Origin: Octopus sinensis | Lineage: Eukaryota | NCBI RefSeq assembly: GCF_006345805.1 | Contig: NC_042997.1 | Coordinates: 84,816,001 to 84,880,000, forward strand | DNA: 64,000 nt | Direction of reading: 5' to 3' | Part shown: positions 54,461 through 64,000 of the stretch, in pieces | Layout of the letters: each line of letters begins with the position of its first letter | How positions within the stretch are numbered: the stretch's first letter is position 1 | The notes under the pieces: model-generated | Seen by the model: only the letters and a program-made list of their open reading frames with translations | The model's database searches: none | Told to the model about the DNA's origin: nothing | Position numbers and translations under genes: made by a program

Positions 54461-56190
54461 TTTTATTTCATAATTTGGCTATGGAAGCCGTTTACAGATG
54501 GACAAACATAGTGAGTAAAGAAGTTGCTTCATTCGAATGATAAAATATAGATGGCGTGCTGTTAGAAATTATATCTTGTTTTTTTTAATTTCAATTTAAA
54601 TTTGATGATCATTGCAAATTTTGCAATGTGTGACTGAAGGAAAGCCAGCCAACCGCCAGGTTCGAACCTTTACTTCTCCTTCTGTCCTCACTTACCTGGT
54701 TCCAGTCACTCGCAGTATGTGCACTACTTGCTTCCATCTTTTCGTGAACATATCCTGTGACAGGTATCTCTGCTCCAGCCTGATTTTACTACCAAGGTGG
54801 TAACTAAAAAAGTTAACCAACCCCCAGGCTGAAGACGAAGGTATCTGTCACTATGCCTCTTACACGCAACTTCCATGTTGTTTCTTTCAGTATGGCTACT
54901 ACGCAGATAAAACAAGCCTTCTTTTCTTTGTTAAGTGAAGGAGGCGGCACGATCTTGATAATAGACTCAGCTGATAGCTGTACTCTTCCCACCGTTGACA
55001 ACAGTTACTTGACAAAATCTATCAGTCCCGATAATTCGAACACTTTACGAAGGCGTGCAAGACAGTTTCTCTCTCACGTTCGCAACTTAGCTTATCTCGA
55101 ACAGGCAAAGCCGAACGGTAGCACTACCAAGCCAGAGATTTCTAGTAATTATCCAGATACCCCTGCCCGAAAGTTCTCCTGAAGAGGTTCATCAACTGAT
55201 TTCCATCGAATCCCAAGGCCCCACCAGGACATCGTCAGACATAAATTCCTCTAACCCGATATAGAAATCCGCAGTGGAACTCCTGTTGCCGATATTGCTC
55301 GCCTGAGAGAGTAGCTGGAGTGTCAGAGTGTTACCAGTCATATGACAAGTATCTTTGAAGTATACTTGCTGCAATAAGTAGTAACAGGAAATATGTCATA
55401 CATGCAATAATTATAATTTAATTTTTATCGAATTTATATACGATAATACAAAGGGATTAAATAATGTGTGTGTGTATGTGTGTGTACATTGTATGTACAA
55501 ATAAATGAGTATATACATATATATGTGTTTGTCTGTGTGCGTGTGCGTCCTTGTGTGCGTGTATGTGGGTGCGTATATTTGTGTATGCATATCAATTCTT
55601 ATTTATGTGTGTGTGTATTTATATTTATTCACATACACACATTTTTTCATGTGCCTGTATTTATTTTCACTTTGAATAATACGTTCATATACATTTTATA
55701 CGAGCGTAGTTTTATTTATGTTTATTTATGTTTATTTATGTTTATTATGTTTATTTATGTTTATTCGTTTTATAGAAACGAATATAAAACGTATCTTCAA
55801 ACTTCCAACTGTTTAAATATTTTTCAGTTGATGATTGTCATCTTTACATCGCCATATTCATTGTATTTCACATAACTTTTCAAATATATACTTTAATTTC
55901 TTCCATAATATATTTATAATCCACAACCTCCTCTCCTCTCTATATCTCTCTACCAGTCAACTTCTCCTAACTCTCTTTTTTATATATCACTACCTCGCTT
56001 ACTCTCTCTCTCTCTCTCCCTCTCCTCTATTTATCACCTTTTTCCCTTTCTCTCTTTTCTCTGTTTATTACCTCTCTCACCTCTCACTTTTACGGCCTCA
56101 GCTTTGTTTTATTACAGTGTTTCTACTTATATCTTTCACGCTTACACTATTTACATTTGATGAATATTTGTCCTCATCTTGCTTGTTGTT

Positions 56191-56238
56191 AACACAACGT
56201 TTCGGCTGATATACCCTCCAGCCTTCATCAGGTATGTT
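56191..56238 (-). ncRNA. Minimal type I hammerhead ribozyme (left SINE copy)
   Basis: Minus strand: AUAC-CUGAUGA-A-GGCUG-gagggtatat-CAGCC-GAAAC-GUU-GUGU. Confidence 0.75.
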
Positions 56239-56292
56239 GGAGGAAATTTCAAACCTGGGTTCCCATTCCTAAGGTATTTTTCGATGCTGTTG

Positions 56293-56342
<50 letters not shown>

Positions 56343-59296
56343 GTTCAGTAGTTTTATTTTTATAGCGTGCTTTCACTTCACTACCGAGCGCAGCTCTGTG
56401 TGCCTTGGGTATGTGCTGTGATTTGTTGTGATGCTCTGATGGTTATTGTATGGAAAGTGTTCTGCGTAGGATGTGTGCAGTGCCTAGTAGTGCAATTTTC
56501 TGTATGTTATATGTGTTGTAAGTCCTGGTGTTTTTGTTATGTATTTGTCTGAATATTTTTTTATCATGCCTAATGCACCTACTATGATAGGAATTGTTTC
56601 TGTTTTCAGGTTCCACATTCTAGTTACCTCTATTTCCAGGTCTTTGTATTTTGAGAGTTTCTCCATTTCTTTTAGAGACACGTTGTCATCTGCCGGTATT
56701 GATACATCAATTAGAAAGCATTTTTTTTCTTCATGATCTCTGACAACTATATCTGTTCTGTTGGCCTTAATTTCTCTATCTGTGTGTATCGGCATATCCC
56801 AGAGTATGGTTGCTTTCTCGTTTTCTGTGACCTTTTCTGGTGTGTGCCTATACCATCTTTTTCTGTTTTATTCCATAATGTTGGCATAGCTTCCAATGTA
56901 TGTAGGTTCCAACTCTGTCATGTCTGTGAATATATTCCTTCTTAGCCAGGACTGGGCAGCTAGAGATAATATGATTTATTGTTTCTTGTCCATCTCCACA
57001 TATTCTGCAGTTACTTGTAATATTTCTTTTCATTACATGTTTTTGGTAATTTCTGGTGAGGAGGCTTTGGTCTTGTGCTGCAATTAAAAATCCCTCTGTT
57101 TCTGCTTTGAGTCCTGAGCTTCTCAACCATTGCTGGGATTTTTCTTTGTCTATTTCTTTTGCATTTAGTTTAGTGCAGTATTTACCATGAAGGGGCTTTT
57201 CTTGCCATCGTTTTATCATGGCTCGTTGCTGTTCTATTTTTAGTTTGGATTTCATTTGTTTTATAGCTTTTGTTGTTTCTTCATCATCTTCTTCTTCTTT
57301 GTGTTTATTAGGTGGTATGATTTCTTGTTTGTATTTGTCAGCTTCCTTAAATACTGAGAACAGTTTTTTGTTTTGCTCGTGTTTTGCTGCTATCTGGATC
57401 AGTTTTCCTTCCTTCTGAAGTAGGTATTTTTGCAGTCCTATGGTGGTTATTTTATAGTAGTTTTCCAGCTGTATAAGGCCTCTACCACCTTCTATACGTT
57501 GTATATATAGTCTTTTTATGTCAGATTTTGGGTGATGCATCCTAGATCCTGTCAGTATTTTTCTTGTTTTCCTATCTATTTTGGACAGTTAATTTCGTGT
57601 CAAGTTAAGGATATTGTAGCTGTAACTTATAACTGGGACAGCTAAATGTTTTTAGCATTGAGCTCTGTTTTTAGTATTGATCTAACTCGTCTATAATATT
57701 CTTTTTTTATTTTCTCTTTCATTTGTGTGTGTTGTGTCTTATCTAGTTCATGGATTCCTAAGTATTTGTAAGTTTGGCTTTGGTCTAATTCTTTTATTTC
57801 ATTGGTTTTATCTAGTGTGATGTTGTTACTCTTAACTAGTTTTCCTCTTTTCATGGTTACTTTGGCGCATTTTTCTAATCCAAATTTCATATCTATTTCT
57901 TTGGTAAATCCATGAACTGTCTTTAATAGTGTTTCCAGCTGTTTGTCATTTGCAGCGTATAGTTTTAGGTCATCCATATATAAAAGGTGGCTGATCGTTT
58001 TGCCGTAACATTTATATCCGCATCCAGTTCTATTTAGCATATCAGATAGAGGTGACAGTGCCAAGCAGAAAAGGAGTGGAGAGAGCGTGTCTCCCTGGAA
58101 TATTCCTCTTCTAATGGGGATGTCTTTGGTTTTCATGAGTCCCTCTTTTGTTTGGAGGTGTAGGACTGTTTGCCATTTATTCATAGAGTGCTCTATGAAT
58201 TTTATGATTGTTGGTGCTACTTTGTTAATGGCTAGTGTTTCGAGGATCCATGTGTGGGGGATGCTATCAAACGCCTTTTTGTAGTCAATCCAGGCCATAC
58301 TGGGGCCTTTCTTCTTTCTGTGGCTGTCTTCAGTTACGGCTTTATTAATCATTAGTTGATCTTTACAGCCATATGAGCCCTTGCGGCATCCTTTCTGCTC
58401 TTCTGGGAACAGTTTGTTTTCGTCCAGGTGCTTGTTCAGCCTTTGCGATATCACTGCAGTAAATGCCTTGAACATAGTAGGGAGGCAGGTTATTGGTCTG
58501 TAGTTTTCTGGTTTTGTTGTTTCATTTGATTTGGGAATTAAGATGGTTTTCCCCTTCGTGAGCCATTCAGGCATTGTCTCTGGCTCTGCTAGTATGCTGT
58601 TAAAGTTTTCAGCCAGCTTTTTGTGCATTCCTGTTAGATATTTCAACCAGAAGTTGGGGATCTTGTCATGCCCAGGTGCCTTCCAGTTGCTTAGTTTTTG
58701 CAGTGCCTGGGTGACCTCTTCAGTTGTTATGGGGGTCCAAAGTTGTTCAGATGCCGAGTTTGTTATTTTCATACTCCTTTTTTTTGGCTGTTCGTTCGCC
58801 GACCATATTTCTCTCCAGAATTCTTCCAATTCTTCTGCCGTTGGTGCTGCAGTGACTTCTATTTTATTTTTGCCCAGTTCTTGGTAGAACTTTTTGGGGT
58901 CGGAGTTGAACTTTTTGTTCTGTTCAAAGAAGCGTTGGCGTTTCTCGTACCGGCGGATCCTTTGAGCTTTGGCAAGGATATCTTGCTTCAGCTTTTCTTT
59001 TATCTCCGGCAAATCTTTTTCTGTGATGTTATATTTGCGGAGCATTTTTGTTCTCTTTTTGTTGCTCAGTAGCGTTGCTTGTTTGCTGATTTCATTAAGA
59101 ATCGACAGGTCTTTTCTAATTTTTTTAATTTTGTTTTGGATGTTATTTATCCACAGGGTTTGTTTGGGTGGTGGGACTCCTGTTTGGGCGGGTTTGAGCT
59201 TCTTTTGTGGCTGCAGTGGCTGCTGCGTATATCAAGTCATTTAGTTCAGTGATATCACTTTTTTTTGTTTCAGTGGCTAGTTCAGTGACGGCTAGG

Positions 59297-59298
<2 letters not shown>
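56343..59298 (-). mobile_element. R4/Dong-clade non-LTR retrotransposon, 5'-truncated (about 2.96 kb), inserted in (TAA)n
   Basis: RT motifs YRPITCLP, AWIDYKKAFDSIPH, GIFQGDTLSPLLF, LYMDDLKL; CRICGDGQETINHIISSC zinc knuckle, RHD, and RTDI..FLIDVSIP..EKLSKY restriction-like endonuclease; TAA tracts on both sides. Confidence 0.95.
57642..59045 (-). pseudogene. Dong-like RT ORF segment (467 aa); continues out of frame into 56848-57540 and 56484-56795
   Basis: ORF track; the single ORF is split into several frames. Confidence 0.9.
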
Positions 59299-59367
<69 letters not shown>

Positions 59368-59389
59368 CATTATTATTATTATTATTATT

Positions 59390-59464
59390 CAGGTCACTGC
59401 TTGGAATCGAACTCGAATCTTGGGGCTAGTAGCTCACGCTCTTAACCATTTCGCCATATGCCCA
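59390..59464 (-). promoter_or_regulatory. tRNA-derived Pol III head of the left HHR-SINE copy
   Basis: Minus strand GGGCATA-TGGCGAAATGG(A box)-TTAAGAGCGTGAGCTACTAGCCCCAAGATTCGA-GTTCGATTC(B box)-CAAGCAGTGACC. Confidence 0.75.
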
Positions 59465-59530
59465 TGGGCATATGGCGTAGTGGTTACTAACCCCAAGATT
59501 CCGAGTTCGACTCCAAGCAGTGACTTGAGC
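59465..59530 (+). promoter_or_regulatory. tRNA-derived Pol III head of the right HHR-SINE copy (13-nt deletion)
   Basis: GGGCATA-TGGCGTAGTGG(A box)...GTTCGACTC(B box). Confidence 0.75.
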
Positions 59531-59611
59531 AACAACAACAGCAGCAACAACAACAACAATAACATCGAAAAATACCTTAGAAATGGGAACCCAGGTTCGA
59601 AATTTCTCCAA

Positions 59612-59657
59612 GACACCTGATGAAGGCTGGAGGGTATATCAGCCGAAACGTTGTGTT
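59612..59657 (+). ncRNA. Minimal type I hammerhead ribozyme (right SINE copy)
   Basis: GACAC-CUGAUGA(59617)-A-GGCUG..CAGCC-GAAA(59645)-C-GUU-GUGUU; helix III reduced to the palindrome AACGUU. Confidence 0.82.
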
Positions 59658-60059
59658 AATAAACAAACAAGTTGAGGACAAATATCTGTCAAATGTAAAT
59701 AATGTAAGCGTGAAAGATATAAGTAGAAACACTGTAATGAAATAAAGCTGAGGCAGTAAAAGTGAGAGGTGAGAGAAAGGATGACAGCAAGGGACTAGGT
59801 AATAAACAGAGAAAAGAGAGAAAGGGAAGAAGGTGATAAATAGAGGGGAGAGAGAGAAAGAGGAAGCGAAGCAGTGATGTATACGTTGTGCTTACAACAA
59901 ACAAGAAGAGGACAAATATCCGTCAAATGTAAATAATGTAAATAAAGTATATCATTCCTCATCTCTTAAATATAGCACTGCATCTTTCACGATTTATTAA
60001 CAAACCATAGAGAACATCACATGGTACCATCACGTTTCCAACAAAGAACTGCGTGCGCG

Positions 60060-60397
60060 CACGCATCAACCTGCAGCTTCCCACCCTGTAGCTATCTGTC
60101 GCATGCGATGGTACGGACATGTCCTCCGTCTCTTGCTAGATGATCCTACCAGGGCTTTACTCTCATTCCATGCAGCAGCTGCGGGCTGGAAGAGACCTTG
60201 TGGCAGATGGCTAGACGTGACTGTGGACGATCTCCAGAGGTTCGGCGTCACCTTAAAGGATGCAGTGGGGCTGGTACAGTATCGCCAGAGATGGAGAACG
60301 CTGGTGGACCTGGTAGGATCTATGCATCATAACGTCTCTGGGACCACTAACATTGTATGACCCCAAACCAATCATGCAAGAGCATGAAACGAAGCGT
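60060..60397 (+). mobile_element. RTE-type LINE 3' end
   Basis: RWYGHVLR..PTRALL..AGWKRPCGRW.DVTVDDL..G..A..L.QYRQRWR, a typical RTE ORF2 C-terminus. Confidence 0.7.
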
Positions 60398-60830
60398 AAG
60401 GCGACGAGCTGGCAGAAGCGTTAGCGTAGCGATCAAAACACTTAGCAGCATTTCGTCAGTCTTTCCGTTCTGAGTTCAAATCCCTATGAGGATTTGCTTT
60501 TCATTTTGGGAGTGGGGGTCGATAAAAGGAATAACAGTTGAGCATTGGGTGTCGATGTAATCGACTTCAACACTATTCGATATCTCTGGCCTTGGGCCAA
60601 AAATAAGAAAGGCTTATTATTGTTCCAAAAGCAGTGAGATGGAAGAATCATTAGCGAACCGGGGAGAAAATGTTTTGCAGTATTTCTTTTAACTTTACGC
60701 TATCAGTTCAAGATGCCGTCGAGGCCGACTTTGCTTTTCATCCCTTCAAGGTCAACCACTAGAATCGATGATATCGATTTACCCTTTCTCCTAAAATTAG
60801 TAGCCACGTTCCTAAATTAGAAAACAACTA
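60398..60830 (+). mobile_element. Two tandem SINE family B copies
   Basis: ggcgacgagctggcagaagcgttagc... followed by agtgagatggaagaatcattagc...gaggccgactttgcttttcatccc. Confidence 0.7.
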
Positions 60831-61959
60831 TATTGTTCTAACCCATCTTGGGCTTGGCCGCCCCCTCCTGAGTCAGGTCTTGCCGTGGCGTGTGGCCTTG
60901 AGTGTTCCATAGATCCGAGAGAGAACGTTAGTCTGGAGCTTTGCTCCTGGTAAGGCCATCGTAGTCAGGCCGGTCTCCCGGGAAAGTTCCAGATTAACGA
61001 TTACACCACAGCGCGTCGGCTCATCATGAAGATGGCATTTATATTCTGCGGAGGACCAGCAACTCGCCAAACGGTTACGACACCGATCAGAAGAAATTCA
61101 ACTGAACTGTTGCACTTTTGTTCCTACATCCTTCTCTCTCTCTCTCCCTTTCTTTCCCTCCTTCCTTCTCGTTCTCTTTCTCTCCCCTTCTGTCTGTCTG
61201 TCTCTCTCTCCCTAGCTAGCTAGCTATCAATCTATCTCTTCTCACTAATTATTTATCAGTTGTTCCCTCTCCTGCTCCTCCATTTCTATGATTCATTCAC
61301 TCTCTCTGTATGTGTCTGATGGGTCTCTTTATTCATTGCCTGCCACTAAGACAATTATAAGTACTAATGCTGCATCTCTTACATTAACTCTCTCTGTAAA
61401 TCTCTTTTATTCTCCTCTCCCCACCGCTCTGTCTGTAAGATGTAAAGCGTGACTTCAGAAATCAATTAACCGACCAGCTAACATTTATATTCGGCTTTAT
61501 ATCAAACACACCCAAACACACGCACACGCATACATATACAAACATACACACGAACACACACACGCACAAACATAATCACAAACATACACACACGCACAAA
61601 CATACGCATACACACATATAACTCTCTCCCATATTTAACATTTTAACTAAACTAGTACTGTAGCTCTTAACATCATAACTTGTTAACTATTTATTGACAG
61701 CTTTGTGTTATTATACTACCAATTGCATTAGCCAGAATGTGTTGCGTCCAACACATAGCCTTATACGCTTTACTTGTTTCTGCCAGTTCTGCAGTTGCTC
61801 TGGAGAATCGCTTTGAACTCTTTAACTCGATCGTACCTTCTCCACTACTTAGGCTTAAGACTGTTTCTTATAAAAGCGATTTCTGTTTGAACGCAGACAT
61901 AGAGATAGTTATAAAAAAGCACAAACGTCTAAACACACACATGCGCACGCACACACACA

Positions 61960-62029
<70 letters not shown>

Positions 62030-62232
62030 GCATCTATATAACAAATTGAAAAGGGTGGCTTGTTAGCAATTAGAACCTGCAGGCAAAATTAATGGAGGTC
62101 GCAAAAGTGACTGAATGTACTGATTAGCACCGCTTTTGCTAAAGATAAGAGCTAAACTAACCCATAAGCCACAAAATCACTGTCATAATGACTGACAAAG
62201 GGAGGTAACTGAGTTTAACCCCAAGCGTTAAG

Positions 62233-62288
62233 ACCCGCTGATGAGGATTAAGATGGTCTACATCAAGATCCGAAATCGCGATCTGGTT
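62233..62288 (+). ncRNA. Type I hammerhead ribozyme (first of a tandem pair)
   Basis: ACCCG-CUGAUGA(62238)-GGAUU..GAUCC-GAAA(62272)-UCGCGA-UC-UGGUU. Confidence 0.82.
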
Positions 62289-62564
62289 ATGTACACTAGG
62301 GACATAGCAGCCCTTATCATTAATTAAGACAGCGATTTTGAGGCTTTGGGAGTTAGATTTAACTCCTATCTTTAGCAAAAGCGGTGTTAATCAGTACCCT
62401 CTATCACTTTTCCGATCGCTATTAATTTTGCCTTACGTTCTAATTGCTCATAAGCCATCCTTGTTCATTTATTGTTTACACTTTTACCGTTTTGAAAATC
62501 AGCACAGATTCTCAACGGCTTATAAGACTGTCAGAGGTATTTGGGTTTAATCCTAAGCGTTAAG

Positions 62565-62620
62565 GGCCGCTGATGAAGATTAAGATGATCAAAATCAAAA
62601 TCTGAAATCGCGTTCCGGCT
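62565..62620 (+). ncRNA. Type I hammerhead ribozyme (second of a tandem pair)
   Basis: GGCCG-CUGAUGA(62570)-AGAUU..AAUCU-GAAA(62604)-UCGCGU-UC-CGGCU; one mismatch in helix III. Confidence 0.75.
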
Positions 62621-62734
62621 ATAGCACGTTGGGGACTTACCTCAGTCGATAAGCCAGTGATTCTGTGGCTTTTGATGGTGTTTAACTGGTGCTAGCCAGT
62701 ACACTCAGTCACTCTGTGAACTATATATATATAA

Positions 62735-62790
<56 letters not shown>

Positions 62791-63126
62791 CACCACATGG
62801 ATCTTAATACTCCAAGGTAATTTTTCCAAGAACTATCATTGAACTCGAGATACGCAAAGACTTTACAATGTATCGGTGTACCTATTTTTTAATTTTTGTA
62901 TATGTTTATTATTTTTTGCAAAAAACAATGCAATTTTCTTTTTTTCCCCTCCTCAATTATAAAAAAAAAATTGTTTTCACCTTTCAATTCTTGAAAAGTC
63001 GCATTGCGACGAAAACCAGTTAGAGTTAATGTTAAAAAAAAAATTCTTTTAATTTTCCATACACCCATTTTCATTAAAATTTAACTTCAATTTAGCATTC
63101 TGCCTTTTTATAATTTTTCCTTGCCT

Positions 63127-63157
<31 letters not shown>

Positions 63158-63548
63158 CGTAGATATGCATATAAACGTCGATGTTTTCGTGTGTATGCAT
63201 GCATATATGTATGTATTGTATGTATGTATGTATGTATGTTGTATGTATGTATGTATGTATGTATGTATCGAGGTCATTTACTGTCCAGACATTGAAACAC
63301 GCGTCAATAAAATTGATATGTGAATTTACATTTCCAGTGAGTCCATTTTATTTTCCGGTTTCTTTTTCTTTATTTTTTAGTTTTTAGTACATACAAAACA
63401 TCCAATAACGGACTACACATACTCATACACATACACACACACACACACACATACACAAATGCAAACACCAACAAACATACAAATGAACACATAGATACGA
63501 ACACACACATATGTATGTTTGCATGTATGTATGTATATATATATGTAT

Positions 63549-63580
<32 letters not shown>

Positions 63581-63693
63581 TCACACTCACATGTATCTAC
63601 TCGCAGCCATACACTGAGTCTCGAACACGTCAAACGAGCGTGCATATCTTGCCATAAGCAAGTTATATATCATATTATATTATAGATAGATAG

Positions 63694-63769
<76 letters not shown>

Positions 63770-64000
63770 CACACACACGCAATCACACACATATATACAC
63801 ATAAACACACATATACATACATATCGCTTTGTAGTATGTGCGTGCATTTGCATGAGTGTGCACGCAGTAGTGTGCAGTCGGTTTGTTTGTGCATTAAACT
63901 CAGAAACCTATTTGCATGTTGCCGTATGTTTCTATGTTAGCGAACATTTCTAACGATCGTCTGCTTCGGCTTTTTTCCTCTTCATTTTTTATTCCATTTA

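Noticed and set aside
54825-55215. Two CTGAAGA occurrences followed by weak stems
   Set aside because: Neither has the GAAA and NUH elements
56484-59045. Dong element as an active retrotransposon
   Set aside because: 5'-truncated, and the ORF is broken into at least four frames
59390-59530. tRNA gene
   Set aside because: Only A and B boxes with a partial cloverleaf, continuing into a repeat body; it is a SINE head
60870-61085. GC-richer block possibly from a LINE 5' UTR
   Set aside because: Resemblance from memory only; no motif I can demonstrate

Overview
AT-rich, microsatellite-saturated eukaryotic DNA. It is most likely from an octopus or other cephalopod (inference from the SINE families and the TA/TACA/TG/TAA tracts). 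I see no intact host protein-coding gene, rRNA, true tRNA or CRISPR array, and almost all ORFs in the track are microsatellite artefacts. The window is a patchwork of decayed transposons: two Penelope-like elements (PLEs), R4/Dong LINEs sitting in (TAA)n, a CRE-like LINE with a PHD finger, RTE ends, three mariners, Helitron helicase remnants, Charlie-like MITEs and at least four tRNA-type SINE families. The standout signal is about ten type I hammerhead ribozyme (HHR) motifs of several families, nearly all with a palindromic helix III, plus a few damaged candidates. They occur in inverted or tandem repeat architectures. These include a tRNA-headed, HHR-tailed SINE present as a head-to-head pair and invaded by a Dong LINE (55983-59975), and a tandem-HHR retrozyme-like unit of 332 nt (62284-62615). 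All HHR calls are by-eye motif and pairing analysis; no folding, database search or activity data were available.
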